From assembly GCA_035084275.1 (NCBI GenBank), contig CM068742.1:93124001-93188000 (forward strand): a stretch of 64,000 nt of DNA, in the 5' to 3' direction. The notes beneath the pieces were generated by a model. The model saw only the letters and a program-made list of their open reading frames with translations. It made no database searches and was not told the origin of the DNA. Both the position numbers and the translations under genes were made by a program. Positions 48,251 to 61,444 of the stretch are shown here, one piece after another (the stretch's first letter is position 1; the number at the start of each line of letters is the position of its first letter). This stretch comes from Hydrolagus colliei. Its lineage: Eukaryota.

Positions 48251-50282
48251 TAATTAAGTAATCAAGAAAATGTAGTGATTCCACACGGCCACCAACCAAC
48301 AGGAGTCTGCAACTAGCAATAATTATAATAATCAATATAATCCTTATGTTCGCTACAGTGCCTTTCACGTCAGGAAGACTTCTCAAAGAGTTCACAGCAT
48401 ATACTATGAAGTGTAGTGGCTGCATTCTTATCTGCAAGCAATGAAACTAATTCACAGTCCAGAGTTTAATCTTCTAGTATGCTGATCTAGAAAAATGTCA
48501 TACTCTGAATCTTCCTTTTGTTTCTTTCTTGTTACATTTTCTCCTACATGGTGAGTTTGTGCATATAAATGCAGTATTCCATTCGGCATAAATGCCTGGA
48601 AGACATCAACAAAATTAAAGCGGCATATATTTCTCATTCGAGTCTTTACACCACCACATTTTAGAGTTGTTTCCAACTGGCAGATACAGTGACTAACATT
48701 CAAATTGATTTTACTGCTGGAAATAATGTTGGGAGTAATGCTTTATTGACCAAATGCTAAGCAGGATAATTAGGGGATACTATGGTGGGGGTATCAATTA
48801 ATCTCTGTTGTTTAGTATCAATTCTACAAAACTTCAAAAGGAATCTGGGATAGTTAATAAGACATAGATCTGCCTATTACCTACCATACCGTACATATTA
48901 TTGAATATCACAAATTCCTATTGAAGATTTTCAGTATTGACAGTAAACAGTAAATATTAAATAGATCTACCTATGGCAAGTATGGGGAAGGATCTTTTCC
49001 AACACCTAGAACAACTCACATAGTGATTTCAAAACCAGCCAACCCATTGAGTTTAATATATCCTCCCTGTTCTGCCGGTACAATTATTTGGGGCAATTTC
49101 AATCCTGATCACAGCCAGCCTTGCGGTCACAGTGAGCCCTAGAGTCACAGGGAGACCGGGATCATAGCCAGCCCTGGGGTCACAGGGATACCTGACCTCA
49201 TTATATTTAGCACTGAAATTTTTTAAAAAATTTTAGAAAGGTCACAGGCAGCTGGTGTGGGAGGTAGAAGGATATATACTGTGCACCTTTTGATGTTTGG
49301 GGACGGACACAGTTGGACAAGAGAAGATGGAGAGAGTGAAGATAAGGAAGTTGATTGACGAATCTTTCCACATACATTTCACTAGTCAATCCCAACTGGA
49401 GATGCGGGAAACAACACTCACTTCAGTCTTGTTTTGGTAACTTAAGAATGAGGCATGTCTGTGTGTGGTGTGAGGGATAATACGTATTTCTAAAGATCTT
49501 TGAAAGTAGCTGTGTTCCTTCCATTTAAGAAAAATGAGTACTCTGTCCTTACTGAAGCTATTAACCTATCAACAAAATTTTTCCCTGGATTTATCTCTTT
49601 TTTTTTGCACCACAGTTACTGTTGATTTGCTGTCACCAGCCGCTCTACTGTGAATGTGATTGCTTTTGAAGCCATGCTGAATGATGAACATGAAAAGTTG
49701 AAAAGGCAGCCATCTGCTCCTCCTTTAAAAGTCCTACTCAGCCTTTAAATCATCTAAGTGGACACCTAAATTGGTGACACTGTCAAAATGGTTCATTCGC
49801 AGAAAAATTGCATCTGGGATGAATTGAATGATCAGGTCCTTGAAATCTGGTACATCATTACTGCATGCTATATATTATTTGTTGAAACTTGGGTGTGAAT
49901 CTTCCAGCCACCCATTTCAAATCAATATTTTCTTTAACCGAAGAGCAGCAAAATACTGTACATCTTTACTTATAGTTTACAAAGGTAAGACTCTTTTGAG
50001 CACATTTTTGAAATGAGCAGAGCTTTCATTCCAGAAAATGTTTGGCTTCCAATTCCTGGTGTCCCGATTTTTTCCCAAAGGGAAATGTTAAGTGGTCTGT
50101 ATGTTCTATAAAACATAGGAACTTTATTGGTCTGGGAACCGTTCCAAACAACACTAATAGGAGGGCATGGTGCTGCAGTATGTTACTGTACCAATCCACT
50201 GTGCAATAGAGTGGTAGGGAACAAATTCGCCCCACACAGTTCCCCATGCCATGAAGAGGAGGTGGTGAAGCCACATACTTAC

Positions 50283-50462
50283 CCATAGGGAGGGACAGTA
50301 AAATCAGAGGGAGAGGCATCCAGGGCCACTGTGGTGTACCTCCTAATAGGTGACTCAAGAGTGTCACCATCAGAGCCCTGGAAGTAGGTTGTCTGCCCAC
50401 TCTCTTGGCATTGGAGCACCAATGGCCCACGCCACCGTCCAGCCTTGATTTTCTGAAAATTT
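50283..50462 (-). CDS. ANK2: Candidate ANK2 cassette exon, 180 nt
   Basis: ctaac branch point, atctttag| acceptor, TGG|gtaagta donor, phase 2/2, open frame, GC-rich relative to the intron. Confidence 0.5.
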
Positions 50463-52057
50463 CTAAAGATAAGTATCATGAAGCAGGTTAGAGAAATGCA
50501 CAGAACCTAAAAATACTGATTCATTCAAAATGTTCTTGGAAATAACTCAATCGTGATCTTGAATTGGTTGATTTTGTTCAGTCCTTGAATATCCACACAA
50601 ACTGCTATTTGATGGTCCTCATATGTTTATGCAGCCAATAACTGAGCACTAGATCAACAGCTATGTGCGACAAAATACTATACTGGTACAAGATATTTTT
50701 TAAAGATAAAAACGTCAAATGAGTGTTCATTAATCACTCTGATAGTCAATACAAAACCCAGCAGCGGAGGAAATAAACACTGAAGTCAGAAAATAACTGC
50801 CTAGATTCACACAATTCTATAATGCAATTTTGAAAGTACTGTAGAACTGTACTGACAAACAAGGTGATATAAACATTGTCCATACTATTTTTTCTCCAAA
50901 CAGCAACTGCAAATAAAAGAAAGGGATTCATGAACTGATACTTCCAGTGCAGAGTTCACACAGTTTACTGAGACTATCCTTGAGCTTGATTACACTATTT
51001 GTTGGATCAATCGAATGTCTAACATATGTAAAAAGAGAATCTAAACCAGAGTTGCACATATCTTTACCATCTGTGCAAGGAAATTTCCCTGGTCTGGAAT
51101 GGAATGTGCACTCTCTCCCTGGTGGAATGGATCCTGTTTTCCTAGTGCTGGAGAGTACTAGATGTAGATTGTCAAGAGCTAAGATTTAGAAACCTCAGAC
51201 TATGCATTGAGAGTCCTGTTAGAATTCAACCAACCCAAACCACACATTTTCCTATTGTCAATTACTGCTTGGCAAGCTTCCAAACTATAGCCACCATATC
51301 CACTAGGGCTTCAGTTTGCGGGACTAAAAGGAGCCAAGTGAGAAAAATCCTCGTCTCCAGTGACTGGTATGTACCTCCAATTCCTGCTGACGTTAGGATG
51401 ATCTATCATCAACAGGGTCCTGGAGTAGGCCTACTGCAGACTTATTTGGTTCAGGAACCAGATTACCAAGGCAACCGCAGAGGATTGACTCAATCTTGAA
51501 ATTCAGTTGCCAAGCACGTCACGTTGGAGCCAGCTCAGCCCCCAGAGTCCCCTGCTTCCCTCCTCCCTCTACCCCAAGAGAGGACAGTAACTAATTAGTC
51601 ACTTGCCATCCATTCTTCGACAAAAGTGATTTAAAAAATGTAGGCTTCTTGCTTATTGAGAGGGCAGCAGACAGGAGATGACTGTGAGCTGCAATATTCT
51701 GGAAACTGCAACAAAGGGCCACCTCTAAAAAGTCTGTTTTTGGCAGCATTGTAATTTGTAGTAGTCGCCATAATATGTATAAAACCTCTGTAGCATCTCT
51801 GAACAGGAATAGAATGCCGGCCTAACAAGATCACAGTTTCCCATGTTTTCTTTTTGTTGTATTTTCGGTTAGCAATATAAAACTAAAATAATCTGTAAAT
51901 ACTATGATGAGAGGAAACATATCCTGCTAATACAGGACAGGATAACATGTACTCTTTGTACCTCTCTCCATCTCCTCACACCTCCTTTCCCCCATTCTCG
52001 TGCCTCATCAGGTTCCACGCACAAGCTTATATATAGATTTTCTTATTTGTTGCTTAC

Positions 52058-52161
52058 CCTGAATGGATCGGGCTGGAGGAAAGAGCCACATTGTCCAGGT
52101 TCTCTTGTTCCCAACTTAAGCGGTAGGTGGAATCCTTATCTGGGCCTTTGGCCAGAAGTAC
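52058..52161 (-). CDS. ANK2: ANK2 exon, 104 nt ([35 protein letters not shown])
   Basis: atacag|GTA...AGG|gtaagc; phase 0 to 2. Confidence 0.96.
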
Positions 52162-52539
52162 CTGTATGCACAGAGTTAATTTCTTTGAGGCAACAGGTTG
52201 TCTATGTAAATATTAATCGCTAATTAAAAAGTTTAATTATATCTAGAAATAGTAATGATTCATGTGCACAGACGTAAGAGCATTTAATTCTACATTTGTA
52301 AAAGAAAACAATTACAATTTAATATTACTCCACACAATAACTACGCAAATATCATGCTGCAGCACATTTAAACTTTTCACCAAGAAAAGTGTTCAGTAAC
52401 TAATTTGATTTTTTATATCCCACATAAACAGATCATTTTGTAAAATTGTCTTCATAATTACACTGAATTATATCATGAAGAACATTAAGGTGTTTATGCA
52501 AGAGAATATTTCTCACTGAACTGAAAAGGAACAAGCCTT

Positions 52540-52888
52540 ACACTCGTGTTCAAATCCCTTCCTGCCCTGGCACCTCTCTACCTCTTCAATTTCCACCACC
52601 CAGCACCTCCAATTGACTGGCACCAGCCTCCTGCTTATCCCTCGCATCCTCCGCTCTGCCATTGAACATTGTGCCACCATGCCCCAAAACTCTGGAACAC
52701 TTTCCGTCAATCCCTCTGCCTTGTCCCCTCTCTCCCCTTTTTCAAATCCCAGCAGAAAAAACCTTTCTTCTCAACCGGGCTTACGGTCACCGCCTCCCTT
52801 CCCCTCCAGCTCGGAGTCTAGCCCTACCATTGTTACGCTCTCTGAGACGCATGGAGGGTGCTGTATAAGTGCAAGGTGCTGTTGTTGT
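52540..52888 (+). mobile_element. L2 LINE 3' fragment
   Basis: ctctggaacacttt...ttcaaatcc...ggtgctgtataagtgcaagg(tgt)n. Confidence 0.7.
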
Positions 52889-53100
52889 AGCAAGATGCAA
52901 ACGAAACAAGCTACATAAATAATCACTAAAACATCACAGAAAAGCATTCAACAGAAATTTGTAATTTATAATCATTTATAATCATTATCACATCACAATG
53001 ATACTCCGTATCTTGCAAACACAATAGTATTCCATCAAAACAAAACACAAAATATTACAGATGCTGGAAATCTGAAACAAAAAACCATAGTATTCCATAC

Positions 53101-53203
53101 CTGGCTGTTGGTAGCAGTGACAAACTCCTCGATCATGGCACTGTCCCTTTGGCATGGGCCATGGCTTGGTGTGTTGGACCTGTCTGAACTGAAGGATCGC
53201 AGG
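53101..53203 (-). CDS. ANK2: ANK2 exon, 103 nt (LRSFSSDRSNTPSHGPCQRDSAMIEEFVTATNSQ)
   Basis: cattag|CCTG...CAG|gtatgg; phase 2 to 0. Confidence 0.95.
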
Positions 53204-54601
53204 CTAATGGATGGGTGGGCAGGTTGCCATGGAAATGGAGCAGCACGATGATGATGGGATGGGTGGGGGAGTGAAGAAAGCATGTTGTTAGCATATTATG
53301 CAACTTCCAGGGGGCTGGGAATTAGAATAAGGAAAAGAAAGTGAACCCACTGACAGTGCTCATCAGATCCAGCACTAAATAGACAGAATATTCAACCATC
53401 ACTAACCACTGGATGAACCAAATTGAGGTGGAGGTAGTATTGGTTGTGGTTGGAAACCAATCAATAGTTTAACGAATTAAACAACCAATTGTTTGAATAT
53501 ACGATACATAAAAGAACCTAGGGTGAAATTTTTGGCATCTTAATAGCACGATCTTTGTGATGATTATCACAAGGAATGTCTTGTGAAATGGCGCAAATTT
53601 CACCCAGTGTAGAAATGACAAGATATTTTGCTCAAACCTATGTTGCTCCACTCTCCAGGCTAAAGTGATTCTGAAAATAGGAATTGAAGTGGCTTTCAGA
53701 GCCACTCTATTTTTTCTGCTGGGTAAGTGACCCAATACACAAACAAATCACTGTGCAGAAAAGAGCACCAAGTATCTCATGCAATTAAAATAATGAAATA
53801 ACATTGTATTAATTCAAACTACAGTATCACCAATCTAAGAGGATAAACTATCACACAAAAAATCTCAAAATAGAAATTTGATTCGATAATTTTCACCTCA
53901 ATACTTAAAAATCTGCTCCTTTTAGGGGTGATCAGCAGGCTCATTTTAATTCTGTGTGGACTGATTAGGCACCTAGACACTGAGCACACCCTCTTGTCCA
54001 AACCCTTGGAAGATACAACGACTTGCAAAGTGTCTCAAAGTGTTTCAGAAAAATGGTTCTGGAGACCAAGTGGAGAGGTAACTGTGGGCAAAATCGAAGA
54101 GGTAGCATTTCAGTAGGATTTTAAAGACTGTTAGGAAGGGGTAGAGGCCAGAAAGGGTGATCCACAAGATCAAGGCATAATGAATGAAAGCTTGGTCACT
54201 AATGGTAGGGCAAAGGAGGCAACGTTATTTTCCTTATAACAATTTGTTCAAATTGTACAGTGATAATTTTGCAGGTGTGATAGCCCACTGGGTGAGGAGG
54301 TTGCAAATCTCGAGGGCTCTGTTGCAATGAGACTGGAAATGTCACAGAGGTAAGAAAAACAATCAATAGCAAGTGGTTCTAAAGTCAACCTCTTTTTTTT
54401 CCCTTTTTTGGTGAAATTTTTCCAAGTGGGCTTGGGTTTTAAGCTGAGGTTCAATGATCTGGTTATTTTTGCCCTGCATGACTCAGCTAGAAATGTGCTC
54501 CTAAAGAGTTAAGTGCTGGTGAATGTGAAGGCAGCGAGTATAGCGATGGAGATGGGAGGCAGGCAGAGAGCTGCAGCCGCTCATTCGGTGCTCTGTGTTA
54601 C

Positions 54602-54696
54602 CTTAATGTGGCAGCCAAGTAAGCCAGCTCCACGCAATCTATATGGATGGAGTCAGTGCGGAATCTTTGCAACATGGCAATGATTATTAATGGCAT
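54602..54696 (-). CDS. ANK2: Candidate alternative first coding exon (MPLIIIAMLQRFRTDSIHIDCVELAYLAATL S)
   Basis: In-frame ATGs at 54696 and 54675 (gccATG), in-frame stop upstream, donor AAG|gtaaca in phase 2 matching exon 53203. Confidence 0.55.
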
Positions 54697-55426
54697 AAAA
54701 ATCAAGATTTAGTCATCTCCACAGTTAAAACCTTCACATCAAATAAGAAAGCTGCCACGCCTGCAAAATAAGGAATATCACTGCACCATGCTTTGTTTAA
54801 TACTTAACAGCCAAATACTGCATCAGAAACAGAGAGAGAGAGAGGGATAGCACTAACTCTCAGTATGAACAGTAAATAGGTGTTGACAGTAAATACCAAA
54901 CAGAGGAGACTGACAGCAAAATCAAAATCAATCTATATATATATACACTGTATATATTTTCCACATAAAATACCTGAACGTTGAAATATTTTGTCTCTGA
55001 AGCCAGAACGTGTGTCTTTAAAACATAAATCCAGCAATCGAATGGTGGTGGTGGTGTGGTGGGGAGGAAACAATTATAAAATAATAATTGAGCTTCCACA
55101 GCTCCCTTTGGTCAATCAGTGGTAGAATCCAGCTGAATAATCCAAGCTGCCGAATATCAGACAAGTCACAAGCAGAAGGCAATAATGATAGCTCTAGCAG
55201 CATTATCAGTCTCACGTCGATCCAACCCAGCCCAAAGTGTGCAGCTTAGCAGTGAACACAAGAATGTGATGCAGCCATGAAAATTGCTTTAGTGCATAGG
55301 GTGAGCATCCACACCCCACATCCCATTTTCCTCCCACACCCAAGCAGCATTATCTCAACTAAAGAGTGGGTTGCAGACAGAGCCATCATTGCACTGTGAG
55401 ATTTCTCTGTATCAGAGACCACCTAC

Positions 55427-55438
55427 CTGTGAACGGCA
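55427..55438 (-). CDS. ANK2: ANK2 12-nt microexon (S-AVH-S)
   Basis: Long pyrimidine tract, tgctttcatacag|TGCCGTTCACAG|gtaggt; phase 2/2. Confidence 0.8.
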
Positions 55439-56155
55439 CTGTATGAAAGCATATGAAAAGGAGAGGGAAAACAGCAACAATGAAGGGAAAATGGTTGAAC
55501 AATGGTAAAACTATTCTCAATCTCTCACACACATATGCATGTGCACAAGTATAGAAAGACAAGATTAAGGTACATATAAAAAACGAGACCTTAGACTTCA
55601 TGGTTGACTGAAGCTGACCAACACACCTTATTTCACAACAATACTCCATTTACTTTGATAATTTGAAGGGATAGATTTGTTTTTGATTAAACACATAAAA
55701 TCTCACAGTACACTTTGTTTCATGCCAGAGAGAGAGAGAGAAACTAATAATTATGTTTCCTAGTGGTATTCTGGAGCAATAATTACTCAAAGACCAGCGT
55801 TTGGGTAAGATAAAGTAAAATAATGTTAGTTATAGCTGGAAATTGTAAAACTTGGAATCTTAACATTTGGGCCGTGGCCCCTTTGCAAATAGTAAGCCTC
55901 GACTCTTGCCAACTGGTGCCTAATACTCTCTGGAGTTAGCAGGATTTGTCCCTTCAGAGAGAGAGTCCATACTGCATTTCAATTAATATCTCTGGAATTT
56001 CCATGTATAAATGGGAATGCATGGAACTGTTTGGTTTGGATACCCTTAAGCATGGTGATGGGTTCTGGAATGAAGCAGACACTTGGCAAGTTGCAAATAG
56101 TAAATTCAATGTATCTTTCAGCCTTTTGTCCTTTTCCATCACAGTTTTCAAAATA

Positions 56156-56367
56156 CAGTAAAAGCCCATTTATCTGGCACCCTCGGGACCTGGGCAATGC
56201 CGGTTAAAGCACCTGCCGGATATTCGGGCGAAAATGCAAAACAAAATGTTTTTTTCAATGTATTTTTCTGGATAAATTCCGGTTAATTGAATGTGCACAT
56301 TTATTTTGCGATGCCGGTTATCCGGAAGTTACGGTTGATCAGCTGCCGGATAAACGGGCTTTTACTG
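56156..56367. mobile_element. Tigger-like MITE, 212 bp, related to the 7963 element
   Basis: TIRs cagtaaaagcccatttatctggca / tgccggataaacgggcttttactg; TA flanks. Confidence 0.88.
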
Positions 56368-59366
56368 TATGTTGTTGGTTGTTATAAAATATGTGGTTGG
56401 TTATGCTATTTTCCCCCCATCTTTCCCCATTTTTTCTACTGGTTGGGTGTATATTTTGGGTCAAAAAAGGTGAATCTGTGTCTATTTTTTTGCCAGTACA
56501 ACTCAGCTCCTTGTAACTAGAAGGAGTTACTTCCTTCCTTATGGGAAACTGGCTCCTTGAAAGCAAGGATGAAATTGCGAACTGTATTCCTCTCTACGAA
56601 ATGGTGTTGCAGGAGCTTATTATTTTGTGCACAATCCCCAATGTGCTACCCATACTATGGAAGTATACTGGAGCCAACGTACCATGTGAAACGGTTATAT
56701 TCACCAGTGCTGAAGGGTACCACGACCGGCAATAAGATTATAGGGCACACCACATTTCTATTAAATTTGTGCTCGGTCTGTGTTTTGCAACTAAAATGTA
56801 TGTGCAAATGCATGAGTTTGGCCTTGTCACACATATCTAACTCATCAGTTTTGCTGGGTTAGTTGTGGCACAAAAGTAATATACAGGTGATGGCAAGAAG
56901 CCCTTGCATCAAAGCCTTGGGATGTCCTCCTGACGTAAAAGGCGCTCTATAAATGTAATTTTGTTGTTGTTGTTGGGCTGGAGCAACTCCAGCAGGACAT
57001 CACACAATACCTGTGCTAAATGCACAAGAGAGATTGAGAAAAACGAGAGATAAATAAAGAAAGGAGAGGATAACCAGGTTAGAAATGAAATAGGTAAATA
57101 GAAATGAGAGAGAGAGGGAAATTAGAGTGGGGAAATGAGAGAGGGAGAGTTAAGAGAAAATAAGATAAATATAGGGTGAGAGATACAAGAGAGTGTATGT
57201 GCTTGTAATAAAGAACGAATATGGGAAACATTAAAAAAGATAGAGTAAAAAGAGTGTAAATTTTAAAAACACAGAGAGAGTGTGGGTGGAGAAAAACAAG
57301 AGAGAGTGTGGGTGAGAAAAATGAGAGCAGGCGGAAAAATGAGAGAGTGGGTGAAGAAATTAAACTTCTGTAGTCATGAGAGGCAGTGTGTGACATGGGA
57401 TTTCAGGGAATTCATAATGATTAAACAAGACTTAGGGAGGAAAAGGCTATTGCTGAAAGTTGTCAACATTGGAGAAGTCACGTCTCTGGGCTCTATTGGA
57501 TTGAATAAGAATGGACAGATCAAAGATGGGATAAGATCAGTTTGGTTGTTGGTGAAGTGTACCCCTTTCTATAAAATGGTGGAGGAGGAGCTCATAATGT
57601 TGTCAATTAAGCCCACAAATATACAGTCAATTCACTTTACAGTATATTCTGTGAAGTATTTTGAGAAGTCGATAAGATGTGAAAAGTGCTAATTCAAATG
57701 CAAGGATTATTATCAATATGATTTTTTTGTTGCAAATTTGCCAGGTTATCCAATGGCAAACTACCGGCAGACAGGAACCTTTTACTTTGGAAACACCTGT
57801 ACCCTTTGTCCTGCTAAATTAATAACAGCTGTTCAAAGTATGAAGCTGAGCTGGACCGTTCAGCAAAGGTACTGGGGTTTCCAGACTGCTGCAAGCACAG
57901 ATGCTATCAGGAAACAACCCCAGGAGCTTTCTCTTGTTAACACACCGGCAATGCTTTGTATAATACTGTGCAGTTATCATGTGAGAGTTGCACTAAGGTT
58001 TTGAATACGAGGCAACTAATCAGAAATCACAGTTTTCTGCAGCTATAGATACAGCATTTTAGAGTACAGTAATACTGTATGTTTATATTACTACTGTATT
58101 TTGCAGTTGCATGAAGAATATCTTCTTGAACTGTATATCTAAAGTTCGGAACAATCTGAAGACATTACCGTTTTCACTCCATTTAATCTCCAGCTATTGT
58201 GTAACCTATTCTTATTTACCCTAAGTAAATGATTGACCAAAACACTGACTGTCTGGCACCTTGGAATGCTGCCCTGATGTGAAAGGTGCTCTACAAATGT
58301 CATTTTGTTGTTGTTGTAAATATATGAAACATGATCAAAATTTCAGAAAGATATATAGGGGAACCTATACAATGTGGCTTCTGAACAATCAGATGTAGAG
58401 AGCTAAAGGATTATAACAAGGTTCCCTGTAATTGTCAGCCCCACACGACCCCACTGTCTCCACCATGTGTCTACCTGGGCGGGGCGGTGGGGTGGGGGGT
58501 GGAGTAGCATTTCCAAGCTGGCAAATGTGCCTATGGTCGGCCTTCTTCTCTCTTCTGTAAGCAACTGTCTAGCCTTTGTCCCTGAGCACCTACAGGTGTC
58601 CAGCACTCAGCAAAGCTTATAGAGTCTCATATAAAATTAGCTTCACTGAGACATTTTGTGAATTCTATGTGACTGTTATGAAAAGAAATAAGAATATTGA
58701 TTTTTTTTAAATCCTTGAATTTGAAGATGATTCTAGCATTTTGAAAAGGAAAACATTTTCTGGTAAATTCTTCCCAGATCTTTTGGATTCACTGAAGTGA
58801 CATTAAGCTGTAACACACACACAGTGATTTGTATTGAATCGCTTTCACTTATTAATTTACTAGTTTTATCCTGATTCAGTTCAAAGGTTTGAATTGATAT
58901 AGTTTAAGCTGATACTCCAATGCAGTTTGGGCGTGAGGGGGGCTGTTGCATTGTTGGGGGTTCTATCCTTCAGTTGTGACATTAAATCAAGACTCCTTTT
59001 GTCTTTTGAAGTGGGTGTTAAAAGATCACATTGAATATTCAAGAAGAGAAGGGTGTTTCTCTCAGACTCCAGGCAAATATCCCCATATAAAATTGGTCAT
59101 TAACGTTATGGTTGTTTGTGGGGACATTACTGTGCCATAAATTAGTTGCTTCATTTGCCTCTAAAATACATTCACTCAATTTTTCAGTAAAAAATGGGGA
59201 TGACGGGTTTGCAAGGTTATGGGGAGAGAGCTGAGGAGTGGGATTAAATTGCTCTTTTTAAAGAGCCAGCAAAGACTCGATGGGCCGAATGGTCCCCTTT
59301 TGTGCCGTAAGATTCTATGATTCTATGAAAACCTGTAAAGCACTTTAAGATAATAGTAACGATAAT

Positions 59367-59686
59367 TAATAATAATCCTTGCATTTGATGTAGTGCTATT
59401 CACATTTTATTGACGTCTCAAAGCGCTTCACAGGATATGATGTCAAGTGAATTGATCGTATATTTGTGGGCGAAATAAGGCAGCCAATTGCGCACAGCAG
59501 TGTCCCACAAACAGTCATGGATTGAAATGACCAATTTTTATTATTGTGGGGTTTTTTGGACAGATTATTATTAGGTATGTGGAGTAGGAAACTTGCCCAA
59601 AGTTTCGCCCTGACCTGCCTGGATTCGAACACAGGTCTCACACTTGTAAGGCGAGTGCTTTAACCACTGAGCTCCAGGAGCTCCAC
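59367..59686 (-). mobile_element. Full-length tRNA-derived SINE
   Basis: Head gtggagctcctggagctcagtggttaaagcactcgcc...gttcgaatcc; same body and tail as the 43018 copy. Confidence 0.88.
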
Positions 59687-61444
59687 TAAAGGCATTATAT
59701 CAAATGTATTTTCATTGTTATATTTTGACTGATTCAGTGGAATGTCAGTGAAAACAATTCTTAATTCTCAAAGTGTGGCCCACTATTGCTGACAAAATGC
59801 CACACTCTCATAGGCTGCTCTCTGCCGAACAGCAAACTTTTGGGTTTCGTTTGCATACTTTCAAATCAGACAGAAAACTCAAATTGTTTCAACAGGATTA
59901 ATGGATTATACCATGTAAAAAGGATTGACTATGGGCAAACAAGACAGCCGGCTGTGCACAGCAATGTCCCACAACCTTCTGTCTCAGGTGAGAGTGCTTG
60001 CTACTGTGCCAGGCTAGCTCTCTTTTCTGTGAGATTCACAAAATTACAGTTTTAACAGAAAAATATGCTGGTAAGGAAACTGCAAAACATTATCTTCTCC
60101 AGGTATTTTTGTAACAATGTGGCAGCTTTCAGAACTCACATTTTACTGCAAATTCGAAAGTAAAAGAGAAGTCACTTAGCAACTATCTTGAAAAAACTGG
60201 AAATGATTGTCTTTGTGGCTGCTAACCTAATAGCATCATTAGACCTCCATTTATGAATAGGGCTTTCAATACATTATTGCAAAGCACATACGAGGAGTTG
60301 TTATAAACCTTGACTCCTTTCAGAGTAGGGGTATCAGACTAAAATAATATGAATTGGGTCTTAAGTGTGAGAGCGCTCAAATGATCACACGTTTGTTTAA
60401 GTGGAAACAGTGAGTACAAAAGTGAACAGTTTGCCACATGTTTGTTTGAATAGACTACAGTACCATGAATATTTGAAAGTGTAATGCACAATCTAGTGTA
60501 AAGTTAGACTGGTGTTTTTATACCAAGCAGATTGATAAATAGTATTTAGATGTGGACATAGTTGTAGTCAGTATGTATAAGAAATTTGAACACAAGCATT
60601 TCTCCCTTTGGTACAATTTTCTCATTAAAGATTGCCTTGGTTGACCCTACTAATTGTTACTCTGCTACTGTTTATTGGCTGGTAAATAGCTGGTTGACAG
60701 CTAATGACAGTCAATTTCTTGTGGGGGGAAAAATACAACTTCCAAAATGAGTGGTGGAAACAGGAAAAAAGAAAAGGAAATTATGGGTTTTATTTAAATG
60801 TAGACTAGCTGGAAAATATTGAGGATAAGGTTGAATGAAAAAAAAGGTAAGAGAAAGATTAGAGAAGAGGACAACACGTAAGGAAAAAAGGCAACAGGAC
60901 AAACACAGGTAAATGTTTTAGAAAGTTTTCCATTTCAAATTGATTCCTGAATTGACATCAGCAGAACAGGGTTAATGTTATTTTGCTAATGCTGTTGGTA
61001 CGTTTATTGCGTTAATATTATTGTGTGTGTGTTGTGGGGTGGGGGGGGGGGGGGGGGGTGAGGGAGTAGAACATGACAGGACATGAGCTGAAAAACATAC
61101 AGGGACAGGTGTCTCCCCACTGTCAGTTGTCAAAGGGTTAATCAGAATTACAGATACAATGATACAAAACACAGGACAGTAAGATGCTGTGGACCACTGA
61201 ATCCTTTCAGACAGCACAAAAACAAACATCACCAGTTGACATGAGAACATTTAGCGAAGGCCTTTTGCTGCTGGATTACATATTCTTATGAAATGTGTTA
61301 GTTTCCTCTGGAATTGAACTTGCATAGTGGATAATGCATTTGTATTCATCCAGTGAGGGAACAATACTGTGTTTCAAACATCCATGATCTAACATTGCGT
61401 TCTAATCAAGCCCCACCCTCTCCAATAAAAACAAACAAGACTAC

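Noticed and set aside
49105-49200. Degenerate ~16-nt minisatellite (gtcacag.ga.cc)
   Set aside because: Short and decayed; no evidence of function.
51068-51178. Open stretch LDNLHLVLSS... bounded by AG/GT
   Set aside because: Phase 1/1 does not fit the phase-2 intron; the similarity is too short.
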